Under the pieces are notes generated by a model. That model saw only the letters and a program-made list of their open reading frames with translations. It did not search any database and was not told the origin of the DNA. A stretch of DNA of 64,000 nt from Paracoccaceae bacterium. GTDB lineage: Bacteria; Pseudomonadota; Alphaproteobacteria; Rhodobacterales; Rhodobacteraceae. The DNA is taken from positions 410,351 to 474,350 of the forward strand of contig CAXXUY010000011.1 of the NCBI GenBank assembly GCA_963664715.2. The letters run 5' to 3'. Positions within the stretch are counted from its first letter, which is position 1; each line of letters begins with the position of its first letter. This document shows positions 29,751 through 39,093 of this stretch, piece by piece. The position numbers and the translations under genes were made by a program.

Positions 29751-30846
29751 GAGCACGCCGTTGAGCGTGTTGCTGAACCGACGTTTCCCCCGGACCATCT
29801 CCGCTGTTCCTGGCTGCCGCTGGAAGAGCGGCCTGGAAAGAAAGCTGCTTGTCCAACGGCAGACGTCGCAAGGCAGCCTTCCCAGGCCGAGGGTGGTCAC
29901 GAAGGGCGAGATTCACCGAGCGCTTCACAGGATTGGGAGATGCGAAGTGCCTCAGGAATCGTGAGGTTCATAAATCGGGCTTGAAGGAAGGGCTCATAAG
30001 AGAGCCGCCCTTCGAGGTGACTGTCTTTGTTTCGATTCAGAGTGCCGGTCCGCTTCCCGGATTTTCGCGATCAATCCGGGGAGTCTGGAATGGGACGCAG
30101 CATGCTTGCGATGAGGAAAGTGAAGAAGACACCTGCATTTCATTTTGACGAGGGCCGCAGCGTTAGTGCGATTGCGACCCATTGTGGCATTGCACGTCGC
30201 TCTGTCATGCAGACCCTGGAGTGATTTGTCGCTTCGGGTTAGCGTTGGCCGGAAGCGGCCGGCATGGACGATTCGCCGCTGGAGGCGGCTCTTGCGGTTT
30301 TGCCGGCTTTCTCCCGCCTCCCGTCCGCCCGGCGCCGACCAGCGGTCGCGCCTAGAACCGCGTGCTCAGGGTGAGGGCACCGCCGTGGCTCCGGTCGTCG
30401 GTGCCGAGGCCGCCGGCCGAGAGCGTTGCGGCAAGGCTGAGTTCGCCGTGCTCGTAGACCGCGCCGAGGCCGAACAGCGTCCGGGTCAAGCCGGCGGCCG
30501 ACCGGAGTCGCTCGCCCGATACGTCGACCGCAGTTTCCGCATCGCCGAGGGTCCGAACGAAGTCGGCCGACGCGTGCAGGGAAAGCGCGCCGCCTTGCCA
30601 GGCGCGCCCGCGGCGTCAAGGCGGGGCCTTCTTCGAGCGCGAATTTCCGGCCCGCCTCGACCCCACCGCCGCGGGTCGGTGACGCCACGTCCGCCGAGCC
30701 CTTGAGCGCGCGCAGCGCGAATGAGCCGGTTAGCGCCCCGCCCAACGCCTCACCGAGCGTAAAGTCGAGGCCGGCCTCGATGCCGCGGCTTCTGAAATCG
30801 CAGGCCGGGCCGACGCTTGCCCGCCGGGGATCGTAACCGCCGCCCA
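29270..30846. repeat. segmental duplication, copy 2
   Basis: Same sequence as 23549-25397 but with two internal deletions relative to copy 1 (copy-1 coordinates about 24884-25003 and about 25061-25220). The second deletion is bounded by the direct repeat cgcctcgacc. Similarity and high GC both end abruptly at 30847. Confidence 0.85.
30090..30321 (+). mobile_element. IS21-family istA 5' fragment, second copy
   Basis: MGRSMLAMRKVKKTPAFHFDEGRSVSAIATHCGIARRSVMQTLE*FVASG*RWPEAAGMDDSPLEAAL; offset 5721 bp from the first copy. Confidence 0.5.
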
Positions 30847-30847
30847 T
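30352..30847 (-). pseudogene. truncated autotransporter beta-barrel remnant
   Basis: Begins GGGYDPRRASVGPACDFRSRGIEAGLDFTLGEALGGALTGSFALRALKGSADV, matching residues near the barrel start of the full-length gene. It then loses frame at the deletions. The original stop and terminal F codon are preserved at 30352-30357. There is no passenger or signal peptide. Confidence 0.8.
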
Positions 30848-30917
30848 AAAACCAAAAGATCCAGAAATCGTTTGGGACCGTATGGAAGAATATGCGGCAG
30901 GTCTTTAGGGCTTTCCG

Positions 30918-32258
30918 ATGACAACTGATCGAGACAAACATAAAGAATTCTGGTTGGAATTGCTGGAAACCGGCAACGGCGAGAAAGAGTGTCAGCGTAG
31001 CTGGAATGTCTATTGCAACTGGCGGTACGGAAGCCAGTTCGATCGTCTCATCCCGTTGGAACAGATTAAAGAACTCTGGCGGCGACTGGGAATCAGCAGC
31101 AATTCTGGCGAAGAGCAGAAGCGGCTCAACAGTGTTGTAGCCAGTACGGTCGGCGACCACCCTGAGTGGCCAAAGGATTCCTCCAGACCTGTTGAGTCAT
31201 TCATGGACTTCAGGGGACAGAAGACGTTCCAGAACAACATATCGTTCGCAGGTCGAGTACTGATCGGTGCCGACTTCCGCGGCGTTGTTTTCGAGGGGTG
31301 GGCCGACTTCAGGGGAACCGTCTTCCTGGGACTGACCCGGTTCGACGGGGCACGGTTCGAGGGGCGTGAACCAATGCAGTCGGCGTCGCACGGCGTGGTG
31401 TCCTTCGAGAGGTCGACATTCCACAATACGGCGTATTTCAACAGAGTGCAGTTCCCGCATGTGACGAGGTTCGACAAGGCGACATTCAACAGCGCAGTGT
31501 ATTGCAGGGAGGCAAAATTCAGTTCCTCGAGTAGGGTTGGTGGCGCAGTCTTCCGCCGCGCGCAATTTCGGACCTTGTCAGACTTTTCCGAGACGGACTT
31601 TGAGGTTCCAGTTGGAATGGAGAATGTCAAGTTTCACGGAGAGGCAAAGTTCACGGAAACCCGTTTCCGGGCCGAGTCCAGATTTAACAACACGAAGTTC
31701 CAGAACACGACATCGTTTCGCGGAGCAACATTTGGCAAGCCACCTAAGTTCTTCAACACAGACATCCGTGAGGATGTCAACTTTAACGGAATAGACTGGT
31801 CTGGCGCCGAACAGTCCTACAGCCATTGGCTTCACCGGGAAGGTGATCCAGATTCTATCGTGGAAGATGCTGAAGATGCCATCCGCGCCTGGGACCGTCT
31901 GGCCCTGATCATGGGCAGTCAGGAAAAGCTGGCCGAGCGTCACGTCTTTCACCGGCTCAAGATGCGTGCACAGCGTCAGAGGGACGGTACCATTCCGTTG
32001 TCTGCGGCGAACTGGTTATACGATGTCTTGTCAGGTTGCGGTTGGCGGTTCGGTCGCGCACTTGCCTGGTGGATCTGCCACATTGCAGTTGGTGCCGTTA
32101 TCCTCGCCGACGGATGGCCGGCTGTCCCGAACAGCCTAGCTGTCAGCCTTGCAAATTCCCTGGACTTCCTTCGCCTGGGTTCCCGGGTTGTCATCTGCAT
32201 GATGCGCAATACGCTCTCGAAAGGGCCTCCAGTCATCCTGACTGGGTGTTCGCTGTGA
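30918..32258 (+). CDS. pentapeptide-repeat protein with C-terminal membrane segment (3' end probably frameshifted, true end near 32341)
   Basis: Has a long run of A(D/N)LXX-type pentapeptides (ADFRGVVFEGWADFRGTVFLGLTRFDGARFEG...AKFTETRFRAESRFNNTKFQNTTSFRGATF) and a TM helix ALAWWICHIAVGAVILADGW. A second TM helix plus basic tail (WVFAVIGTVQTILGPILLFLVLLTLRNRFRIG*) lies in the +2 frame, ending at 32341. Confidence 0.75.
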   Translation: MTTDRDKHKEFWLELLETGNGEKECQRSWNVYCNWRYGSQFDRLIPLEQIKELWRRLGISSNSGEEQKRLNSVVASTVGDHPEWPKDSSRPVESFMDFRGQKTFQNNISFAGRVLIGADFRGVVFEGWADFRGTVFLGLTRFDGARFEGREPMQSASHGVVSFERSTFHNTAYFNRVQFPHVTRFDKATFNSAVYCREAKFSSSSRVGGAVFRRAQFRTLSDFSETDFEVPVGMENVKFHGEAKFTETRFRAESRFNNTKFQNTTSFRGATFGKPPKFFNTDIREDVNFNGIDWSGAEQSYSHWLHREGDPDSIVEDAEDAIRAWDRLALIMGSQEKLAERHVFHRLKMRAQRQRDGTIPLSAANWLYDVLSGCGWRFGRALAWWICHIAVGAVILADGWPAVPNSLAVSLANSLDFLRLGSRVVICMMRNTLSKGPPVILTGCSL

Positions 32259-32472
32259 TCGGAACTGTCCAGACCATCCTTGGGCCCATCCTGCTGTTCC
32301 TCGTGCTGCTGACCTTGCGCAATCGTTTCAGGATCGGGTGATCTCGGGAGACCAGTCGGCTTGCAGGCCAGTCCTGGCAACACGCGGAGAAATCCGGACC
32401 GTCGGCATGGAATCCGGTTGCCTGGACGGCTATATCGGGAAGTGACAGGTATTGCCTGAAGGAGTCCGGTCG

Positions 32473-32784
32473 ATGCACGCCGAGATTGCGGCCAGGAAAG
32501 ACGAGATCGCCGGGATCTGCCGTCACCTCGGTGTGTCGCGCCTGGAGGTCTTCGGCTCGGCGGCCCGCGTCGAAGATTTCGATCCGGCGACAAGCGACGC
32601 CGACTTCCTCGTTCAGTTCAGCCCGGATGACGAAGTCGATCCGTTGGGCCAGTTCTTCGACCTGGTCGATGCCTTGAGCGGGGCGTTGGGCCGTCCGGTC
32701 GACCTGGTCGAGGAAGGTGCAGTCACCAACCCTTATCTCCTGGCTGCAATCAATCGTTCGAGGGAACTGGTCTATGCGGCGTGA
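32473..32784 (+). CDS. MNT-type nucleotidyltransferase antitoxin
   Basis: Has the minimal nucleotidyltransferase motifs LEVFGSAARVEDFDPATSDADFLVQF. About 100 aa, immediately upstream of and overlapping a HEPN gene. Confidence 0.8.
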   Translation: MHAEIAARKDEIAGICRHLGVSRLEVFGSAARVEDFDPATSDADFLVQFSPDDEVDPLGQFFDLVDALSGALGRPVDLVEEGAVTNPYLLAAINRSRELVYAA

Positions 32785-33217
32785 TGTCAGGGTCCTGCTG
32801 GCTGAAGTCGAGAAGACATCGGAGGAAATCAGGCAGTTCATCAAGGGCATGGATTTCAATGAGTATATCGGGGACGTCCGGACCCAGAAAGCGGTCGCAT
32901 TCAACTATGCCATCATTGGCGATGCACTGAACCGGTTGAAACAGTCTTCACCCGATCTGGCTATGCGAATCCCTCAACTGCGGGACATCGTCGGTTTCCG
33001 GAATCTCCTGGTGCACGACTATGCGGGCGTCAGCCAGAATCGAGTCTGGCGTTATTCCGGGGAGCATCTGCAGCAACTGCAGAACTCCGTGAGGTCGCTG
33101 CTCGCTGAGCTCGATCGGCCTTCTGAAGTCGAGGAGGTTCTCGACAGGACCGGCGAGGCAAGGCCATCTGAGCCGGATGAAGGTGAGAACAACAGCAGCA
33201 GCTACGACCCGTTCTGA
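32774..33217 (+). CDS. HepT-type HEPN (DUF86) toxin
   Basis: Carries the R-x4-H-x-Y motif (GFRNLLVHDY). The ATG at 32774 overlaps the MNT stop by 11 nt. The acidic C-terminal tail is atypical. Confidence 0.8.
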   Translation: MRRDVRVLLAEVEKTSEEIRQFIKGMDFNEYIGDVRTQKAVAFNYAIIGDALNRLKQSSPDLAMRIPQLRDIVGFRNLLVHDYAGVSQNRVWRYSGEHLQQLQNSVRSLLAELDRPSEVEEVLDRTGEARPSEPDEGENNSSSYDPF

Positions 33218-33481
33218 CTGCTACAACCCTTCGCAACAACCAGGCGATGATTGGGCAATTTCAAACCCGGGCGAACCCGGTCCCAAAAAGACCTGAACTC
33301 TTGTTTTGATTACCGGCAATTGTCACAATAGACTGCAGCATAATCGACGAGTAGCGGTTGACAGCCAGCATGTTCCAGGCTCAGGCCTCCTGACCTGGGA
33401 TGTTATGAGTGTGCGGGCCATCCCATTGCTCTCTCTCATTCCAAAAGCACTGACATACGATTCTGGGCAAAGAGGCATTTC

Positions 33482-33784
33482 ATGGAAAACAGGCGTTTCA
33501 TCTGCTATACGGCTACGCACAACGAAAGTGGCCTGGTCTATGTCGGTGTCAGTTCAGGAACGCTTGAGCAAAGAAGACAGGACCGCAGGCACGGTGCGAA
33601 AGGGAAAACGGGCAGGTTCCCGGAGGCCATCAGGAACTTCGGTGTGGATGCATTCTCAAGGAACGTTGTGGCAGCGGGAGCAGAAGGTGTCATGCGGCTC
33701 TTGGAACAGCTCCTGATCTATGAATGGGATACCGCCAATCCCGAATTTGGATATAACGAGACGGGCGGGGTCTTGCGCCCATAG
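33482..33784 (+). CDS. stand-alone GIY-YIG nuclease domain protein
   Basis: FICYTATHNESGLVYVGVSSGTLEQRRQDRRHG...FPEAIRNFG...LEQLLIYEWDTANPEFGYNETGG follows the I-TevI/Seg-type catalytic-domain pattern (GIY..YVG..R...H....E...I......GYN). No DNA-binding extension is present. Confidence 0.65.
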   Translation: MENRRFICYTATHNESGLVYVGVSSGTLEQRRQDRRHGAKGKTGRFPEAIRNFGVDAFSRNVVAAGAEGVMRLLEQLLIYEWDTANPEFGYNETGGVLRP

Positions 33785-34199
33785 CTGCCGTGCCGGGCAA
33801 ACCGGCAACCTCCGTCAGGATGCATCGGACAGCACGAAAGCTTTGCATCATGCCAAGCCTGCGTGCTAATAAATTCCTCGGCGGAAAGGTCTGTCTTGTA
33901 GAGGAGTTGCACCGAACCGTCCACGGCCCGGCGGACTGCTATCCGCGCGGGCCATTCTTTCATCGTTAACCTGAACCCGGTCGAATAGACACGAGCCACA
34001 ATCAGGACAATCACAATCCCCGCGGTCTGCACACTGTCCTGAACCTGCTGCTGGAAAACTGCTCTGCCTGGGAAGGAAGACAGCCCGGCCATCCCGGACC
34101 AATCCGGTTTCCAGGCAAATCGGCGTCGGCCTAATCCGGGAAATCTACCGCGCTGCGCAGCAACTCAATCCGGGAAACAACACAGACATGCCCAGGAGA

Positions 34200-35110
34200 A
34201 TTGCGGATGTTGCGGCCATTCCGTCCGCCAGGTTCACGGTCTGCCGGAACCCAGGCATTCGGAAGTGACCGGGCACCAGAGTCATTGGCGCTGGTCCGTC
34301 AGGCGCGGTTCGAAGACAGTCGACGCATATCCGGAAGGTGTCGGCGGACCGGTGCAGCACGGTCCCCGCATCGCTTCGCTGATCCGGAATTTCTCGACGG
34401 CGCAGTTGGTCCCCCTGAAGCGGCTTCGCCAGGATCTCGAGCACGTCCAGGACGTTTCGGTGTCACAGGGCGCGCTCCATTCGGTGGTCCACTGCCGTGC
34501 CGCAGCATCTTTGCAGGGATCTGGCCAAACCACCTGTCAAGCATTTGGACGGGCGCGGGATGCGGGTATGCTGCGCCGGTTCCATGTCGCCTGCACGGAG
34601 TTCCTGTACCACTTCCGCCCTGGTGAAAGCCTCGGTGATGTCATCACCGAGGCCATTGGTATTGCGGCACCTAATCATTGGATTCACTAACCTTTACTCC
34701 AAAGTGTCGGGCACGATATATGCGTCGTCCGTCTGCTGCGCGAGTTGCAAGCCCCAGTCGACAGCAACGATGAGATCTGGGCAGAAAACACGCGCGATCA
34801 TCTGCTCGTGGCGATCGGCGCGGCGCGGACCAGACGGCTGAAGGGCAATGGGCTGACCGACCAGCAGATCGCGGATCTCGAAGAACAACAAGACCTTCTG
34901 GTCGGCGAGGGCATTGAAGTCCAAGAGGCGCTTCCTGCCCTGCGCTCGAAACGAAAGGGCTGGTCAAGACGGCGGTCAGGCCACGATCCCGCAATTCGGA
35001 TGCGCGACTACAAGACAGAAGTCTTGCGGTTACTTCGCAAGCCCGCGTTTCCGGCGCCTGACAATGTTGCCTGTGCCGATATCGGCATGACCAGACGGGC
35101 ACGATAGCCG
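34200..35110 (+). pseudogene. IS66-family-like transposase remnant, heavily frameshifted
   Basis: LIRNFSTAQLVPLKRLRQDLEHVQDVSVSQGALHSVV resembles the Y....Q.LP..R.......G...S.GTL block. RKGWSRRRSGHDPAIRMRDYKTEVLRLLRKPAFPAPDNVACADIGMTRR resembles the C-terminal GR.K.S.A.NLL.RL...K.EVL.F..D..VPF.NN.AERD.RM block. It is scattered over frames. Confidence 0.35.
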
Positions 35111-35603
35111 TGCACATGTCACCCGGCGGAAGATCTTGTTTGGATTCCGGACCGAGAGCAGGCGTGCGGCCCGTGATGCCCGTCTCGGGGCATTCAAGAT
35201 CTGCAACGGGCTTGATGTTCCATTCCGGGACAATCTGCGCGAACGACCGGGAGTTGCCTGTCCGCCGGATGTTCCGAGGCTTGCAGACCTCGACTCTCAG
35301 CGCGCCACAGCCTGTTTCTTCCTGCCATCCGAGACGAACTTCCCGGAAAACTGCCCCTGTTCCCGAATTGATTTGCCAAATCTGATCATAACTGACTGTT
35401 TGGCGAAACTGTCATCGGCTGTCGCCTGAACTCGTCGATGACGTGAAGATTCACTTGATTTTGTCCCTTTCTGCTTTCGCCAGCAAACGGGATTTCCGAC
35501 CTAGTGACGTTTCCGCTGACGGTGGATGAGATATCGATCCGTTGTCGAAGGAAAGAAACCGGCGATGCTGTATGCACCACGAACAGGCGGTCACTTCTGC
35601 CAG

Positions 35604-36392
35604 TTACCCATCGAAGGAAGCGAGAACGGGCACATGGTCAGATGGCCTCTCCCAGCCGCGAACATCGCGCAGGATTGTCGATGAATGCGACTCCATGACC
35701 AGGTCCTCGGATGCCCAGATGTGGTCGAGCCTGCGACCGCGATCGGATGCAGCCCAGTCACGAGCCCGATACGACCACCAGGAATAGAGTTTGCCGTCGG
35801 GAATGTCGGACCGGATCACGTCGGTCCAGTTGCCGGCTTCCATCACAGAGTTCAGCAAATCGACTTCGACGGGCGTGTGGCTGACAACATTCAGCAACTG
35901 CCTGTGCGACCACACATCATGTTCCAGCGGCGCGATGTTGAGGTCGCCCACGAGCACCGTTCTACTGGGCGCATCCTCGCGGGACCAGTCGCGCATGGCC
36001 GCAACGAAATCCAGCTTGTCGCCGAACTTCGGATTTATCGACCGGTCAGGCTCGTCGCCACCCGCCGGAACATAGAAATTCTCGATGATGATGCCGTTTT
36101 GAAGCTTGGCAGCTACGTGGCGCGCCTCACCGCGACCAAGGAAATCACGGGATCCCAGGTCTTCCAGCGGAGATTTCGAGAGAATTGCGACACCGTTGTA
36201 TCCCTTCTGGCCCCGAACCACGGCATGGCGGTAACCCAACCGGGCAAACCCGTCCAGCTTCACGAGTTCTGCCACCGATTTCAGTTCCTGAAGGCACAGG
36301 ACGTCCGGCCCTTGTTCACTGAGAAGCCGGCAGACCAGATTCTCGCGCAGGCGGACCGAGTTGATGTTCCAGGAAGCAACTGTGATCGTCAA
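35604..36392 (-). CDS. xthA: exodeoxyribonuclease III
   Basis: SWNINSVRLR...PDVLCLQELK, VGDLNIAP and SDHVPV are canonical ExoIII/APE blocks. Confidence 0.95.
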   Translation of the reverse strand: MTITVASWNINSVRLRENLVCRLLSEQGPDVLCLQELKSVAELVKLDGFARLGYRHAVVRGQKGYNGVAILSKSPLEDLGSRDFLGRGEARHVAAKLQNGIIIENFYVPAGGDEPDRSINPKFGDKLDFVAAMRDWSREDAPSRTVLVGDLNIAPLEHDVWSHRQLLNVVSHTPVEVDLLNSVMEAGNWTDVIRSDIPDGKLYSWWSYRARDWAASDRGRRLDHIWASEDLVMESHSSTILRDVRGWERPSDHVPVLASFDG

Positions 36393-36451
36393 TTTGCCGG
36401 CCGCAATTCGTTGTCACCGGTACGATTCTCCGGCATGGCGGAATTCCCACC

Positions 36452-37180
36452 TTATTCAGGCGGAAGCAACCCCTTCTCCGCAAGCCGGTAGCCGGTATTG
36501 CGCTTCGTGACAATCAGCCCGTCTTCAAATCCATTGGACCTCAGAATGTCGCGTATTCTGTGGATGTGGGATTGAACAGTGTGTGAATCCACATCCGGAG
36601 AGTAGAGCCAGACCTCGGCCAGCAGTTTTTCGACAGGCACAAAACACTCGCGATTGGCATGAAGATACTGCAAGACCCTTGCCTGCATGTCGGTCAACTG
36701 CATTTCGACCGGTTCTTCGCCTTTCCCGCGGTGTCCGACGAGAATTCTGCTGACCGGGAACAGTGTGAATTCACCGATCGCAACGGCATTCTGCCGCTGA
36801 ATGATGCCTGCTTTCACGACAGAATGAATCTGCGCCAGCAGCACCCTGAACTTGACCGGCTTGCTGATGTAGGTGACAGCGCCGGCGGCCAGGCCTTCGG
36901 CCATGTCGTCATCTTCATCTCTTCCGGTCAGCATAATTATCGAACTCGGGCGCTGGTCGCCCACGACCTTCCGGGCGACATCGAATCCGTTGAGGCGACC
37001 GGAAAGCTCCACATCCAGTATGATTATGTCCGGTTGCCTACCGGCAATGATCTCGAGTGCGGATGCACCATCGGCCGCTTCCTCAATGTCGAAGTCACCC
37101 GCCTGCGACAGGGGCTCAACCAGCCCCTGTCGCTGGATCATGTCGTCCTCGACCACAAGAATTCGGATTCTGGACTGCAT
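36452..37180 (-). CDS. OmpR/PhoB-family response regulator (REC + winged helix)
   Basis: ILVVEDDMIQ, acceptor Asp in IIILDVELSG, KPV, and a C-terminal wHTH (LTDMQARVLQYLHAN...SHIHRIRDIL...TGYRL). Confidence 0.85.
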   Translation of the reverse strand: MQSRIRILVVEDDMIQRQGLVEPLSQAGDFDIEEAADGASALEIIAGRQPDIIILDVELSGRLNGFDVARKVVGDQRPSSIIMLTGRDEDDDMAEGLAAGAVTYISKPVKFRVLLAQIHSVVKAGIIQRQNAVAIGEFTLFPVSRILVGHRGKGEEPVEMQLTDMQARVLQYLHANRECFVPVEKLLAEVWLYSPDVDSHTVQSHIHRIRDILRSNGFEDGLIVTKRNTGYRLAEKGLLPPE

Positions 37181-37384
37181 TCCCGAACGATCCCTCGACT
37201 TGACCCGAATCTAAGGGCGCATCGGTCAATCGGTCAAGGCGGTACGGCCTGGCCAGGCAGTTGCAGCATCCGGACTATCCAGGAACGGGTTGTTGCCTGG
37301 CCCTGCCGCGACCGAGGTTGCAGCAATTCACTTGACGGCAGTTGTTCACAGCTTCGCGTCCAGTCACCAACCGGCCACGCCTGG

Positions 37385-38164
37385 TCAGGCTGCCATGGTC
37401 TTCGGATACAACGCAAGTCTGTATCCGCCATTCTTGGCAACGACGTATTGAGGGCTACCGGGAAATGGTTCAATCTTTTGCCGCACCCGGTAGATGTGGG
37501 TCTCCAGCGTGTGGGTATTTGCCTGCGGGTTGTACCCCCAGACACTTTCCAGCAATTCCGTCTTCCCGACTGCCTTCCCCCTAGCTTCATAGAGCATTTG
37601 GAGAATACCGGCCTCCTTGTCGGTAAGGAGTTCCCTTTGACCGTCCCCAAGCAGGATTTCCCGGCGCCCGGGATAAAACTTGAACGGTCCGAAACGGAGC
37701 TGCGGGTCATTCGAGTTCTCTGCCGCCTGCAACTGGCTTTCTATACGTGACTTCATTTCCCTGACAGAAAACGGTTTTGACATGTAGTCGTTTGCGCCAA
37801 GGTCAAGTCCATCGGCCTTGTCATCGCCGGTAATCCTTTCACCCGACAGCATGATGATCCGTCCCGGGAATTTCAGTTCCCGCAACTTCGCACATGTTTC
37901 ATGGCCGTTCAGACCGCTTCCCGCGAGAACAACATCCAGTATTGCCAGATCGACATCCTCCGCATCCACGATCGTCAGCGCGTCCTCGGCTGTTGCTGCT
38001 TCGTGGATCCTGGATATGACATAACTGCCTGTCCTCGAGTAATCCCGCAGCATCTTGACGAGATTGGCACGCTGGATCATGTCATCCTCGACGACCAGAA
38101 CGGATTTCTCGGGTTTCCACATGTCGTTGCGATCGAGCATATGCATTCGGACCTCCATTGCCAA
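37385..38164 (-). CDS. OmpR/PhoB-family response regulator (REC + winged helix), tandem paralog
   Basis: VLVVEDDMIQ, LAILDVVLAGSGLNG, DYMSKPF, and a wHTH (LTDKEAGILQMLYEARGKAV...THIYRVRQKIE...GGYRL). Several in-frame start candidates lie between 38164 and 38122. Confidence 0.85.
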   Translation of the reverse strand: MAMEVRMHMLDRNDMWKPEKSVLVVEDDMIQRANLVKMLRDYSRTGSYVISRIHEAATAEDALTIVDAEDVDLAILDVVLAGSGLNGHETCAKLRELKFPGRIIMLSGERITGDDKADGLDLGANDYMSKPFSVREMKSRIESQLQAAENSNDPQLRFGPFKFYPGRREILLGDGQRELLTDKEAGILQMLYEARGKAVGKTELLESVWGYNPQANTHTLETHIYRVRQKIEPFPGSPQYVVAKNGGYRLALYPKTMAA

Positions 38165-38467
38165 AGCGACCTAAGGAAGGATGTGGTGCAGGATTCGTTC
38201 CCGTCAAGACTGCAATGCCAAGTTGTCAGAGGTTTGAAATATTCTGCCTTTGTTCATATTTGGTTCCCGCAATTGTTGCAGGATGAAACCCCAACTGTTG
38301 CAATTGCATTCCGCGGTCGAAGGATAAATGGGGTAAGGACAGGACTCGTACCGGTTTTCGTGGTTCCACCCGAATCCCGGTCGATTCCCAACCAATCGGG
38401 ACTCCCTGCACGGGCAGGACAAAAAGAGTCCGCAATCCCTTGATACCCGTTCAAGCAGTCAATAGAT

Positions 38468-38836
38468 TTGATGGCAACAACAATGGATGCGACAGAACGC
38501 ATGTCGAAGATTCAGAAGACAGCAGCAAAGTTTGACATCGGTCAGGTGGTAAAGCACCGCAATTTCCCGTTCAGAGGCGTGGTGTTCGATATTGATCCGA
38601 AGTTTTCCAACACGGAAGAATGGTGGTTGGCAATTCCCGAGGAAATCCGTCCGCGAAAGGACCAACCCTACTATCACCTGCTCGCAGAGAATGAGGAAGC
38701 TCACTATGTGGCCTATGTCTCCGAGCAGAATCTTGTCCAGGACAGGTCCGGTGAACCTGTTGACCATCCCGAGGTCGAATCGCTGTTCGGCCGGCTCAGG
38801 AACGGCCGGTATGAGCTGGGAATCCATCTGAACTAA
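38468..38836 (+). CDS. hspQ: heat-shock protein HspQ (hemimethylated DNA-binding YccV family)
   Basis: KFDIGQVVKHRNFPFRGVVFDIDP...QPYYHLLAENEE...YVSEQNL is typical of HspQ. Confidence 0.85.
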   Translation: MMATTMDATERMSKIQKTAAKFDIGQVVKHRNFPFRGVVFDIDPKFSNTEEWWLAIPEEIRPRKDQPYYHLLAENEEAHYVAYVSEQNLVQDRSGEPVDHPEVESLFGRLRNGRYELGIHLN

Positions 38837-39093
38837 CTGATTGTATATGAGAGTGCTTTTCGGTGCCGGATACAGTTCGCGATGTTGACGGCATGCGGAC
38901 TTCCTGCCGGGAGGGAGAAACGGAACGATCATCGCGGAATGCCAGGAAGGATGGCATCCGTCCTCGCGGCGAGCGTGCCGGAATCAAGATACTGCCTTCG
39001 AATCAGAATGCATCGACGAAGGTGTCCCTGCGGCGAGCGGTGTGCGGGTCATGGAAGTCCGGCCAGGCACTTGTGCAGCGTTTTCCGGGACGA

